Positions 27,151-36,836 of a stretch of DNA of 59,173 nt are shown one piece after another. Source of the stretch: Myxococcota bacterium (GTDB lineage Bacteria; Myxococcota_A; Polyangia; Polyangiales; Sandaracinaceae); the NCBI GenBank assembly GCA_036149055.1, contig JAYZQJ010000233.1:1-59173 (forward strand), read 5' to 3'. Numbering within the stretch: position 1 is the stretch's first letter; the number at the start of each line of letters is the position of its first letter. Under the pieces are notes generated by a model. That model made no database searches. It was given only the letters and a program-made list of their open reading frames with translations, and had not been told where the DNA came from. A program made the translations under genes and the position numbers.

Positions 27151-27264
27151 GCGACGTGCGTAGGCTCGCGCCGCGCCTTGCGGAGCGGCGGTCGTCGCAC
27201 GATACCCCACCTGTGACCGAGTCCGGCGGGCGGACCCACCTCAGAACCCAGCAGGAGAGCTCCC

Positions 27265-28446
27265 ATGTCCAAGCCTGAAGTCTTCATCGTCGCCGCGAAG
27301 CGCACCCCCATCGGCGCCTTCCAGGGCGCCCTCGCCGACGTCCCGGCGCCCCGCCTCGGCGCGACCGCCATCGCCGCCGCCCTCGAGGCCTCCGGCCTGA
27401 AGGCGGAGGACGTCCAGGAGACGTTCATGGGCAACGTGCTCACCGCCGGCCTCGGCCAGGCGCCCGCGCGTCAGGCCGCGAAGTACGCCGGCATCCCCGA
27501 CTCGGTCCCCGCCACCACCGTCGGCAAGGTCTGCGGCTCCGGGCTGCAGTCGGTGGTGTTCGCGGCGAAGTCGATCCTGCTCGGCGACGCCAGCGTCGTC
27601 GTCGCGGGCGGCATGGAGTCGATGACCCAGGCCCCGTACCTCCTGCCCAAGGCGCGCGGCGGCTACCGCATGGGGCACGGCCAGGTGCAGGACTCGATGA
27701 TCCTCGACGGCCTGTGGGACCCCTACAACGACCAGCACATGGGCAACTGCGGCGAGCTCTGCGCCAAGGAGTTCGGCTTCACCCGCGAGGCGCAGGACGA
27801 GTTCTCCCGTCAGTCCTACGAGCTCGCCCTCGGCGCCCAGGAGTCCAAGGCCTTCGACGCCGAGCTCACCTCGGTCACGGTGAAGACCCGCAAGGGCGAC
27901 GTCGTGGTCAGCGAGGACGAGGAGCCCAAGCGCGCCCGCCTCGACAAGATGCCGAGCCTCCGCCCCGCGTTCGACCGTGAGGGCACGATCACCGCGGCCA
28001 ACGCGTCGAAGATCAACGACGGCGCCTCCGCCCTCGTGCTCGCGTCGGGCGACGTGGTGAAGGCCCAGGGCCTGAAGCCGATCGCGAAGCTGGTGGGCTA
28101 CGCCGCGCACGCGCAGGCGCCCGAGTGGTTCACCACCGCGCCGGTCGGGGCGATGAAGAGCCTGCTCGACAAGACCGGGCTGAAGGCGAGCGACATCGAT
28201 CTCTTCGAGGTGAACGAGGCGTTCGCCGTGGTCGCCATGGCGGCGATGAAGGAGATCGGCTTCGAGCGCGACAAGCTCAACGTGCACGGCGGCGCGGTGG
28301 CCCTCGGCCACCCGATCGGCTGCTCGGGCGCCCGGATCCTCACCACCCTGATCCACGCGCTCCACGGCAAGGACCTGCAGCGCGGCATGGCCAGCATCTG
28401 CATCGGCGGCGGCGAGGCCCTCGCGATGGTGGTCGAGCGGGTGTGA
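27265..28446 (+). CDS. atoB: Acetyl-CoA acetyltransferase (thiolase)
   Basis: KVCGSG, GGMESM, NEAF, GGAVALGHPIG, CIGGG motifs; AGGAG SD. Confidence 0.95.
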   Translation: MSKPEVFIVAAKRTPIGAFQGALADVPAPRLGATAIAAALEASGLKAEDVQETFMGNVLTAGLGQAPARQAAKYAGIPDSVPATTVGKVCGSGLQSVVFAAKSILLGDASVVVAGGMESMTQAPYLLPKARGGYRMGHGQVQDSMILDGLWDPYNDQHMGNCGELCAKEFGFTREAQDEFSRQSYELALGAQESKAFDAELTSVTVKTRKGDVVVSEDEEPKRARLDKMPSLRPAFDREGTITAANASKINDGASALVLASGDVVKAQGLKPIAKLVGYAAHAQAPEWFTTAPVGAMKSLLDKTGLKASDIDLFEVNEAFAVVAMAAMKEIGFERDKLNVHGGAVALGHPIGCSGARILTTLIHALHGKDLQRGMASICIGGGEALAMVVERV

Positions 28447-28525
28447 CGCGGCTCGGGCCTCGGGGTGTGATCTTCGCGGCCGCGATTTCGCACCTCGGAG
28501 GCCCGGACCTGCTACCTTCCTGGCG

Positions 28526-30433
28526 ATGAAGGCGGAGGGGGCCACACGCGCGTCGCCGGCGCCCGCCGGGGCGCGGCCGCTCGACGCGCTCGGTCCCGGC
28601 GACCTCGACGCGCTCGGCGACGAGGTGGACGATCTCGGGGCCCTCGCGCGGGCCGGCGTGCCGGTCGCGCCCGGCCTGGTGGTCAGCTTCGACGGCGCTC
28701 CGCGGGAGGTCGCGCGGGCCCTCGTGGACGCGCTGGCCTCGCCTCCCCCCGAGCCGCCGGTCATCGGCAGCGTGCCCCCGCCGCCGATGGCGCGCACCGT
28801 GCTCAAGCTCCGGCCTTGGTTCCGGACCATGGCCCTCGCGCAGCGAGCGGAGGGGCTCTGGCCCGCGCTCGCCGACGCCTCCGACCCCGAGGAGGTCGAG
28901 GAGCGGGTCGCGGCGGCGTTCGACGGTGTGCGGTCGCCGGCGATGGCCGCGGCCCTGGCCCGGAGCCCCGGCAGCCTCTGGATGCGCGCGCTGGTGTGCG
29001 ACGACGGCGCCTTCGGGCGCGCGAGCAGCGTCGACCCCGACGACGGCGACCCGGACTCGGTGGCGGTGTGGCTGCCCGAGCGCTCGGCGTGGCGCATCGA
29101 TCGCAAGACCATGCGCACGGTGGAGGAGGGCGGCGGCCCGCTCGCCCGCTCGGTGCTCGAGCGCGCCGCGGATCTCGCCGACCGCGCCCAGCTCGCCCTC
29201 GGCCGCCCGGTCGAGATCGACTGGGTGCTCTCCCGGGGGCGCCCGGTGGTGGCCCGCGTCCGCCCGATGGCGCCGGTCTGGCGCTTCACCGACGAGGGCT
29301 GGCGGGTGGTGGAGCTGCTCTGGCACGACGAGGGGCCGATCGCGCCGCTCGCGGTCGACGCGCTCGACAAGGCGCTGCGGGAGGACGACGACCCGCTGGA
29401 CGTGCTGCGCGTGCGGCGCGTGTTCGCGCGGGCCTACCGGCGCGTCGAGGCGGGGCGCGGCCGGCAGGGCGGGAGGCGCGAGAGCTTTACCACCGCCGCC
29501 GCCCGCGCGGCCCAGGTGGCCCTCGACGTCGCCCGCCCCATCAGCCAGGCGCGCGACTTCGGCAAGACGCTCGACGAGCGCCTCGCGGCGTTCGACACCG
29601 ACGACCTCTCGGCGATGGAGGACACCGGGCTGCTCCGCGCGCTCCGGGAGCGGCAGGGCGTGGTCATCGAGGCCTACGAGCTGCTCGACCGCGGCCGGAA
29701 GGCGACGGCGACCGTGCTCGGCGCGCTCGAGGCCGCCCTCGGCACGGTGCCCCGCGACTGCGTGCACGGGCTGGCCGCCATTCGACGCACCCGCGCCCGC
29801 CGCCGCCTCGACGACAAGCTCGCCCGGGCCGCCAACCAGCTCGGCGTGCTGCCCGACGATCTCTCCACCCTGCCGCCGAAGGCCCGCCGGGTGTTCGACG
29901 AGCTCCGCCGTCAGCTGGCGGGGCGACGCCCGCTCGGGCTCGACGTGCGGCCCCTCGACTACGGCACCAGCGACGTGGCGCTCGTGGAGGGGATGCGGGC
30001 CGCGGTCGACGGGCGGAGCGAGCGGGCCGAGCGGGAGCAGCGGCAGGCGATCCGCCGGCTCATGGCCACCGCGCGCTCCCGGCCGCTCGGGCGGGGCAGG
30101 GCGGCGCTCGCCCGCACGCTGACCCTGATGATCGAGCGGCTCGCCGACGCCAAGGGGCAGGTCGCCGAGGGGCTGGCCGAGGCGAGCCTGCGGCAGCGGG
30201 CGGTCGCCATCGAGATCGGCCGACGCCTCGTCGATCATGGGGTGCTCGACGAGGCCGAGGACGTGCTGTTCCTCTACGTGACCGAGGTGCAGGACGCGCT
30301 CTCCGGCGAGCCGGGGGCCTACGCGGCCCGGGTGCGGCTGCGCCGCGAGGCCGACGCGCGCTGGCGCCACTTCGGCCCGCCGACCCGCCTCGTGGCCAGG
30401 GCCCGTCCGCGCCGGCCGAGCTGGGAGGCTTGA
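28526..30433 (+). CDS. Degenerate PEP-synthase / rifampicin-phosphotransferase-like protein lacking the His-swivel domain
   Basis: LARAGVPVAPG, VEIDWV...RVRPM and GRRLVDHGVLDEAEDVLFL resemble PPS/RPH segments. No GGK, VRSS, SFAG or SHxAIxARE motif. Confidence 0.65.
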   Translation: MKAEGATRASPAPAGARPLDALGPGDLDALGDEVDDLGALARAGVPVAPGLVVSFDGAPREVARALVDALASPPPEPPVIGSVPPPPMARTVLKLRPWFRTMALAQRAEGLWPALADASDPEEVEERVAAAFDGVRSPAMAAALARSPGSLWMRALVCDDGAFGRASSVDPDDGDPDSVAVWLPERSAWRIDRKTMRTVEEGGGPLARSVLERAADLADRAQLALGRPVEIDWVLSRGRPVVARVRPMAPVWRFTDEGWRVVELLWHDEGPIAPLAVDALDKALREDDDPLDVLRVRRVFARAYRRVEAGRGRQGGRRESFTTAAARAAQVALDVARPISQARDFGKTLDERLAAFDTDDLSAMEDTGLLRALRERQGVVIEAYELLDRGRKATATVLGALEAALGTVPRDCVHGLAAIRRTRARRRLDDKLARAANQLGVLPDDLSTLPPKARRVFDELRRQLAGRRPLGLDVRPLDYGTSDVALVEGMRAAVDGRSERAEREQRQAIRRLMATARSRPLGRGRAALARTLTLMIERLADAKGQVAEGLAEASLRQRAVAIEIGRRLVDHGVLDEAEDVLFLYVTEVQDALSGEPGAYAARVRLRREADARWRHFGPPTRLVARARPRRPSWEA

Positions 30434-30611
30434 ATCCACGGCGCGCGTGAAGCGTCGTTCGCGTATCGGACGCGAGAAATCGTGAACCAACAGCTTCGAA
30501 TGGGGGATGCCGGCCGGTGACGCGACGTAGAGGGATGGTGGCGTGGTGATTGCACTCCGCTGGCGCCTCTGCGTACCGTCCGGCCTGCGGACCGAGAGAT
30601 TGGGAAGGAAG

Positions 30612-31280
30612 ATGAACCTACAGATGAGAGTCGCGCTCGTCCTCGCTCTGGGCGTCCTCGCCGGAGCCTGCTCGAGCACCCACTACGTGACCATCCGTCA
30701 CCCGCTCCACGTGGGGCAGGTCGACCCGAACTCGGTGCCCTTCAACGCGCGCCGGCACGAGCGGCCGCGGGGCCTGCAGGCCGGCACGCTCGTCGACGAG
30801 GCGCAGCTGACCGAGCTGACGCCCGAGCGGGTCTGCGTGCACACCAACCTCTGGGCCCTCGACGAGGTCGATCCCGGCCGGGGCATCTACCAGAACTACC
30901 AGATCGCCCTGCTCAGCGATCAGGACGACGTCGAGAACGACGCCGCCCAGGTCATGCTCGAGCAGCCGATCACGCAGCGCTACCAGGGCCACATCGCCCA
31001 GCGCCGCCAGGTGGGCACCCGCACGGTGTGCGCGAACTACGAATACCGGAACCGCAACCGGTACTGCACGCGCTACCGCCAGGAGCCGGTCTACCAGACC
31101 TTCTACATCCCCCACATCTGGCAGGTGACGAACCACCCGGCGAACATCTGCTTCCCGAACGGGGGCTTCATCACGCCGGCCACCACCCGCGTCGCGCTCG
31201 AGATGGACGGCCCGGGCGCTGGTCGCCAGATCTACGAGTGGCAGTTCGAGTCGGCGGTCCAGCAGCAGCAGGCTCAGTAG
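30612..31280 (+). CDS. Hypothetical lipoprotein
   Basis: MNLQMRVALVLALGVLAGA-C; GGAAGGA SD; strong GC3 bias. Confidence 0.8.
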   Translation: MNLQMRVALVLALGVLAGACSSTHYVTIRHPLHVGQVDPNSVPFNARRHERPRGLQAGTLVDEAQLTELTPERVCVHTNLWALDEVDPGRGIYQNYQIALLSDQDDVENDAAQVMLEQPITQRYQGHIAQRRQVGTRTVCANYEYRNRNRYCTRYRQEPVYQTFYIPHIWQVTNHPANICFPNGGFITPATTRVALEMDGPGAGRQIYEWQFESAVQQQQAQ

Positions 31281-31301
31281 TCGCGAGCCCCGCCGCGAAC
31301 G

Positions 31302-31336
31302 AAGGCCCGATCGGCGTCGCCGGTCGGGCCTTTCTT
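31302..31336. terminator. Probable intrinsic terminator between convergent genes
   Basis: Hairpin AAGGCCCGATCGGC-GTC-GCCGGTCGGGCCTT followed by TCTT. Confidence 0.75.
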
Positions 31337-33048
31337 CATGGGGACCCGCGCAGCAGGGCGCGCATCACCCGGTGCACGATCGGCCAGCCGGACTCTCCGA
31401 TCGAGTTGGTCTCCTCGTAGTGATCGCCCGGCGCCTCGGCGATGTAGGGCACGCCCGGGTCGAGCTCGTAGTCGAACTCGGGGATGAAGTAGCCGAGGAA
31501 GTCGCCGGTGAGCCCGAGCAGCCAGACCTGCTCGGCGTCGGGGCGCGCGAGGTCGCGGAGGTAGGGGCCCTCGGGCGCCCGCGACAGCTCGGGCGGGTTC
31601 TCCGCCGTCTCGTCCACCACCGGCACGCCGGCCGGCGCGTAGGCGCCGTCGTAGCCGCCGACGAAGAGCGCCGGGTCGAGCTCGCCCGGCGCGGTGATCA
31701 GCTGGGCCCGGCCGACGTCGAGCACCAGGGCCTCCGTCTGCACGTACGGGAAGTTGCCGCGGCGGATCGCCCGGTCCGGGTCGTAGTCGTACAGCCCGCG
31801 GGTGAAGAGCCCCGAGAGGTAGGCGATGTGGTAGCGCCGGTTCTCGATCGGCGCGCGGAAGCGGTGCCGGCGGAAGGCCAGCGCCGCGGTCTCGTCGGTG
31901 GTGGAGCCGCCGTCCGGCCCGAGCGCGCCGAGCACGTGCCACGCGAGCTGGCTGCCCACCGTGCGCGCCGCCGCCTCCGTGTTGCGCTCGACCGGCTCGC
32001 CCTCCCAGCTCTCGAGGCGCACCGCGCCCGGGCCGATCTGGCTGCCGAGCGCCCCGTTCACGAACACCGTGACGCCGCCGACGCCGTCCCTTCGCGCGCC
32101 CTCGGGCCCGTCCACGCCGACCTCCACGCCCTCCCGGAGCCAGTGCGGGAAGTCGCTCGAGAAGCGCGTGTTGCGGCTGCCCATGTACTCGGGGTGGGCG
32201 GCGAAGTTCACGAAGGTCGAGACCGTCGCGCCCTCGGGCGTCACGAAGCGCATCACCCGGACCTCGTCGTCGATCACCTGCGGGTCGCGGGTGTCGCTGA
32301 CGTAGCGGAGCACGCCGCCCGGCAGATCCCGGAGCCGCAGCGACGCGTACTGCACGTGCGCGCGCTCGAGCGCGTCGACCGCCTCGCGCACCGCCCGCGC
32401 GGCGCGCTCCTGCACGAACGCCATGTACGCGTCCGAGCGGCCGGTCTCGTCCAGCGTGCGGCCCCAGATGCCGATGGTGTCGCGGCTCTCGTGGCTGTGG
32501 GTGGCGCTCACGACGACGTAGTCGACGTCGAGGTCGGCGGTCATCGCGCGGATGGGCTCGGCGTCGTCGAAGAAGAAGCCGACCACGTCGAGCACCACGA
32601 AGACGACGGTGGTCTCGCCGTTTCGCAGGGCGAGCGCGCGGGCCCACGCGTCGTTCAGGACCTCGGTCGCCCGGCGCCCGTTGCCGAAGCCCGCGAGCCA
32701 CACCGCGTCGTAGGCGCCGTTGCCGTTCACGTCCTCGTAGGTGTCGCCGTCCTCCGGGTCGTAGTCGCCGTCGCCGTCGACATCCACCGTGAGCGGTTCG
32801 TTGTCGCTGAGCGGCGGGGTGATCGAGACCGCGGCCGCGCCCGCGTGGAGCGCCCCGTCGCCGCCGGCCGGGCAGCCCTCGTCGCCGGGGCAGACGAGGT
32901 CGGGCACCACCTCGGGCGGCCCCGCGTCCACCCCCGCGTCCGCGCCGGAGGGCGCCGCGTCGGTCGCGGCGTCGGCGCCGGTGGGGGCGGCGCCGCAGCC
33001 GAAGAAGCAGCCCGCGAGGAGCATCAGGAGGGGGGCCGTTCGCTTCAT
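31336..33048 (-). CDS. Second neutral-ceramidase-like lipoprotein with DxDxDG Ca-binding loops
   Basis: Signal [49 protein letters not shown] and DVNGNGAYD loops. Confidence 0.78.
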   Translation of the reverse strand: MKRTAPLLMLLAGCFFGCGAAPTGADAATDAAPSGADAGVDAGPPEVVPDLVCPGDEGCPAGGDGALHAGAAAVSITPPLSDNEPLTVDVDGDGDYDPEDGDTYEDVNGNGAYDAVWLAGFGNGRRATEVLNDAWARALALRNGETTVVFVVLDVVGFFFDDAEPIRAMTADLDVDYVVVSATHSHESRDTIGIWGRTLDETGRSDAYMAFVQERAARAVREAVDALERAHVQYASLRLRDLPGGVLRYVSDTRDPQVIDDEVRVMRFVTPEGATVSTFVNFAAHPEYMGSRNTRFSSDFPHWLREGVEVGVDGPEGARRDGVGGVTVFVNGALGSQIGPGAVRLESWEGEPVERNTEAAARTVGSQLAWHVLGALGPDGGSTTDETAALAFRRHRFRAPIENRRYHIAYLSGLFTRGLYDYDPDRAIRRGNFPYVQTEALVLDVGRAQLITAPGELDPALFVGGYDGAYAPAGVPVVDETAENPPELSRAPEGPYLRDLARPDAEQVWLLGLTGDFLGYFIPEFDYELDPGVPYIAEAPGDHYEETNSIGESGWPIVHRVMRALLRGSP

Positions 33049-33166
33049 CGCGTCCCAGGGTTTCACCGGGTCCCGCACCGGGGAAGTCGGGGATCTCACG
33101 AAAGCGCGGTGTAAGCGGTTGCCGGGCCGGAGGCGGGCTGATACCCGTCCCGGCAGGAGGCGACAC

Positions 33167-34027
33167 GTGACGGAAATCAAGTCGATCGGAGTCATCGGAG
33201 CGGGCCAGATGGGCCGCGGCATCGCGCACGTGGCGGCGCAGACGGGGCTGTCCGTGCAGCTCCTCGACGTCGACGAGGCCACGGCCGAGAACGGCATCGA
33301 GCGCATCGCGAAGGGCCTCGGCCGCCTGGTCGAGAAGGAGAAGATCAGCGCCGACGACCGGACCGCGATCCTCAAGCGCATCTCGCCCACCGGCGACTAC
33401 GCGTCCTTCGCCGACTGCGGCCTCGTCGTCGAGGCGGCGACCGAGCAGTTCGAGCTCAAGCAGAAGCTCTTCGCCAAGGCCGACGAGGCGATGAAGGACG
33501 GCGCCATCCTCGCCTCCAACACCTCGAGCATCTCGATCACCAAGCTCGCCGCGGGCACCAAGCGCCCCGAGCAGGTCATCGGTATGCACTTCATGAACCC
33601 CGTGCCGATCATGAAGCTGGTCGAGGTGATCCGCGCGCTCCAGACCGACGACGCGACCTACCGCGCCATCGTCGAGCTGGCCGAGGCGATGGGCAAGACG
33701 GTCATCACGTCGAAGGACATGCCCGGCTTCATCGTCAACCGCATGCTCATCCCCTTCCTCAACGAGGCGTGCTTCGCGCTGCAGGAGGGCCTCGGCACGC
33801 CCGAGGACATCGACACCGGCGCCAAGCTCGGCCTCAACCACCCGCTCGGCCCGCTCGCGCTGGCCGACCTCATCGGGCTCGACACCTGCCTCTCGATCGC
33901 CGAGGTGCTCCACCGCGAGCTGGGCGACGACAAGTACCGGCCCGCCGCCATCCTGCGGAACCACGTCGCCGCAGGTTGGCTCGGTCGCAAGACCGGCCGC
34001 GGCTTCTACGACTACTCGGGGAGCTGA
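33167..34027 (+). CDS. hbd: 3-hydroxybutyryl-CoA dehydrogenase
   Basis: [57 protein letters not shown] before GTG 33167. Confidence 0.95.
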   Translation: MTEIKSIGVIGAGQMGRGIAHVAAQTGLSVQLLDVDEATAENGIERIAKGLGRLVEKEKISADDRTAILKRISPTGDYASFADCGLVVEAATEQFELKQKLFAKADEAMKDGAILASNTSSISITKLAAGTKRPEQVIGMHFMNPVPIMKLVEVIRALQTDDATYRAIVELAEAMGKTVITSKDMPGFIVNRMLIPFLNEACFALQEGLGTPEDIDTGAKLGLNHPLGPLALADLIGLDTCLSIAEVLHRELGDDKYRPAAILRNHVAAGWLGRKTGRGFYDYSGS

Positions 34028-34030
34028 GCG

Positions 34031-34807
34031 ATGAGCACGCTGGTCACCCTCGAGCAGAGCGCCGGGATCGCCACCGTCACGATCAACCGGCCCGACAAGC
34101 TGAACGCGCTGAACGTGGACGTGCTCTCGGCGCTCCACTCGGCCATCGAGCAGATCCGGGCCTGGGAGGACGCGCGCTGCGTGATCCTCACCGGCGCGGG
34201 CAAGGCGTTCGTCGCCGGCGCCGACATCTCCGAGATGCAGTCGCTCGGCGAGCCGGCGGCCCGCGAGTTCTCGTCGAAGGGCCACGAGGTCTTCGCCGCG
34301 CTCGAGGCGCTCCCCGTGCCGGTGATCGCGGCCGTCAACGGCTTCGCGCTCGGCGGCGGCTGCGAGCTCGCGCTCGCCTGCGACTTCATCCACGCCTCGG
34401 CCAAGGCCAAGTTCGGTCAGCCCGAGGTCAAGCTCGGCGTGATCCCCGGCTTCGGCGGCACCCAGCGCCTCGCCCGCCGGGTGGGCATCGGCCGGGCCCG
34501 CGAGCTGGTCTACACCGGCGCGATGATCGACGCCGAGGAGGCGCTCCGGATCGGGCTCGCCAACGCGGTGCACGCCCCGGACGAGCTGCTCGCGAAGGTC
34601 GGCGAGGTCGCGGCGCTCATCGGCGCGATGGGCCCCTTCGCGATCTCCGAGGCCAAGCGGGTGCTCCGCGACGGCGAGGGGCTCGCGCTGCCCGAGGCCA
34701 ACCAGCTCGAGGTGGACGGCTTCGCCCGCTGCTTCGCCACCGCCGACCAGAAGGAGGGCATGGCCGCCTTCCTCGAGAAGCGGAAGGCCGCCTTCACGGG
34801 GAAGTGA
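34031..34807 (+). CDS. crt: Enoyl-CoA hydratase (crotonase)
   Basis: [45 protein letters not shown]. Confidence 0.93.
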   Translation: MSTLVTLEQSAGIATVTINRPDKLNALNVDVLSALHSAIEQIRAWEDARCVILTGAGKAFVAGADISEMQSLGEPAAREFSSKGHEVFAALEALPVPVIAAVNGFALGGGCELALACDFIHASAKAKFGQPEVKLGVIPGFGGTQRLARRVGIGRARELVYTGAMIDAEEALRIGLANAVHAPDELLAKVGEVAALIGAMGPFAISEAKRVLRDGEGLALPEANQLEVDGFARCFATADQKEGMAAFLEKRKAAFTGK

Positions 34808-34835
34808 GGCCCGCCGGGGGCGTATGCTCGGGGGC

Positions 34836-35579
34836 ATGTTCCAGATCCCCCCGGTGGTCCGCGCCTGGCTCCCGCCCATCGTGCTCGGGCTCGGCGCCCT
34901 ACAGTCGGTCTCGATCGGCCTGCAGATCCTTCTGGGGATGCCCGAGCTCGCGCTCCTCGCCCTGCCGTTCTTCGGCTCGGCGGGGGTGCTGGGCTTCGGC
35001 GCGTGGGGCCTCTACCGGGAGGCTTTCTGGGCGCGCGGCTTCGCGGTCGGCGCGCTCCTCTCGAGCGCGGTCGGCGGCATGTGGTTCGTCGGCGTCGGGG
35101 CGGTGGTGCCGGCCAGCCTCGTCAGCGTGCTCGTGCTGCTCGCCAACGACGCGCCCGGCCGCTTCGAGCAGCGCGCCTCGTTCCGCGAGCACACGGGCAC
35201 GAGCCGCGCCGGCGCGCGGCGCCTCTTCCAGGTCGCGCTCGGCCTCGGCCTCGGCTTGCCGGCGCTCCTCGGGAGCCCGCTGGCGCTGATGCTCTTCGCC
35301 CAGGCGCCCATCCCCGCCGGCCTCGCGGCCGCGCTCGGTCTCGCCGGTCTCTTCGGCCTGGTGCGCCTGAAGAGCTTCTACTTCTTCGCGGTCTGCGGCG
35401 CGCTCGTCGCCTTCGTCGCCGCGGTGGTGATGACGCTCCTGGCCGGCCGGGGCCTCGAGCCCGGCGGCGCGGCGCTCGCGACCGGCGGGCTGCTCCTCGC
35501 GCTGGCGCCGGTGGTGGGCCCGGTCGCGCGCTGGCTCATTCCCCGAGGGACGGCAGGGCGAGGCCGCCGCACTCGGTGA
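34836..35579 (+). CDS. Hypothetical multi-pass membrane protein
   Basis: Roughly eight hydrophobic segments; start ATG 34836 (alternative 34824). Confidence 0.72.
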   Translation: MFQIPPVVRAWLPPIVLGLGALQSVSIGLQILLGMPELALLALPFFGSAGVLGFGAWGLYREAFWARGFAVGALLSSAVGGMWFVGVGAVVPASLVSVLVLLANDAPGRFEQRASFREHTGTSRAGARRLFQVALGLGLGLPALLGSPLALMLFAQAPIPAGLAAALGLAGLFGLVRLKSFYFFAVCGALVAFVAAVVMTLLAGRGLEPGGAALATGGLLLALAPVVGPVARWLIPRGTAGRGRRTR

Positions 35580-36312
35580 CGAGCGAGGGCGGCAGCGTGA
35601 AGCCGCCGAGGGTGAGCGGCTCGGTGGGCACGCCCTCGTCGAACGCCGCCTCGGCCCGCGCGGCGAGGGCCCGGTCGAAGCGCGCGCGCGCCTCGTCGCA
35701 GCGCCCCTGACCGGCGAGCAGCTCCGCCTCGAGCTCGAGCGAGACGTGGCGCGGCGCGCCCATGCGCACCGCCTCGGTGGCGCGGGCCTGAGCGCGGTGG
35801 GTGTCGCCGGCCCGACGGCTCGCCCAGCCGGCCGCGATCATCGCCGCGCCGTCCCAGGGATGGACGCGCAGCCGCCACCGAGCCGCGTCGCTCCCGGCGA
35901 GCGGCGCGGCCTCGAGCGGGATCGCGGTGAGCGCCGCGGGCAAGGCGAGCGCGGCGACGCAGAGGGCGGCGACGGTGGCCGCCGAGGCCCAGGCGAGGGC
36001 GGGTGAGCGGTCGGACGCGGGCGCCGGGTCGGCGGGGAGCCGCCAGACGGTGAGCGCGGCGGCCGCGGCGCAGAGCGCGGCGAAGCCCCAGGACGGGGCC
36101 GAGAGCGGGGCGTCGACGAGGGCAGGGCCGAGCGCGGTGGCGCCGAGCAGCCCGGCGCACGCCACGGCGGCCCCGGCGACCAGCCAGCGCGCGCGTCCGG
36201 GCGCCGGAGCGACGAGCCGCAGCAGCCGCAGGGCCAGCCAGGGGAGGGCGGCGCCGACCGCGATCGAGACGATCGGGCGGAGCCACACTTCTTCGATCGG
36301 CCAGGCTTCCAT
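35536..36312 (-). CDS. Membrane protein with C-terminal TPR-like helices
   Basis: Four N-terminal TMs, then AELLAGQGRCDEARARFDRAL (TPR-like). Confidence 0.6.
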   Translation of the reverse strand: MEAWPIEEVWLRPIVSIAVGAALPWLALRLLRLVAPAPGRARWLVAGAAVACAGLLGATALGPALVDAPLSAPSWGFAALCAAAAALTVWRLPADPAPASDRSPALAWASAATVAALCVAALALPAALTAIPLEAAPLAGSDAARWRLRVHPWDGAAMIAAGWASRRAGDTHRAQARATEAVRMGAPRHVSLELEAELLAGQGRCDEARARFDRALAARAEAAFDEGVPTEPLTLGGFTLPPSLVTECGGLALPSLGE

Positions 36313-36365
36313 GATCGGCGCGAGGGGCATTGGCGCCCCGGGCATTCGCTGATAGCACGGCGGTC

Positions 36366-36752
36366 ATGGAACGAGAGACCATCCAGACCGAGAACGCCCC
36401 CGCGGCCATCGGCCCCTACGTCCAGGCCGTCAAGGCCGGCGGCTTCGTGTTCTGCTCCGGCCAGATCGCGCTCGACCCGAAGAGCGGCGAGATCGTCGGC
36501 GCCGGGGACGTCGCGGCGCAGGCCGAGCAGGTGATGAAGAACCTGGAGGCGGTGCTGACCGCGGCCGGGACCGGCTTCGCGCGGGTCGTCAAGACGACGA
36601 TCTTTCTCACCGACCTCGGCGACTTCCAGACGGTGAACGAGATCTACGCCGCGCGCTTCGAGGGCGTCTCTCCGCCGGCGCGGGCGTGCGTGGAGGTCTC
36701 GGCGCTGCCGAAGGGCGTGCAGGTCGAGATCGAGATGACCGCGCTGGCTTGA
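36366..36752 (+). CDS. ridA: RidA/YjgF reactive intermediate deaminase
   Basis: APAAIGPYVQA, SGQIALDP, VVKTTIFL, PPARACVEVSALPKG...EIE. Confidence 0.93.
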   Translation: MERETIQTENAPAAIGPYVQAVKAGGFVFCSGQIALDPKSGEIVGAGDVAAQAEQVMKNLEAVLTAAGTGFARVVKTTIFLTDLGDFQTVNEIYAARFEGVSPPARACVEVSALPKGVQVEIEMTALA

Positions 36753-36776
36753 GCCCCTGTTGGCTGCGCTTCGTGC

Positions 36777-36812
36777 GGGCAGGGGCACGGGCACGGGCAG
36801 GGGCACGGGAGC
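36777..36812. repeat. GGGCA(C/G) hexamer array between convergent ridA and purA
   Basis: GGGCAG GGGCAC GGGCAC GGGCAG GGGCAC GGGAGC. Confidence 0.85.
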
Positions 36813-36836
36813 GCTCGGGCGCGCTGCGCCCTCGCG

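Noticed and set aside
28526..30433. Active rifampicin phosphotransferase resistance gene
   Set aside because: Catalytic His domain and ATP-binding motifs are missing.
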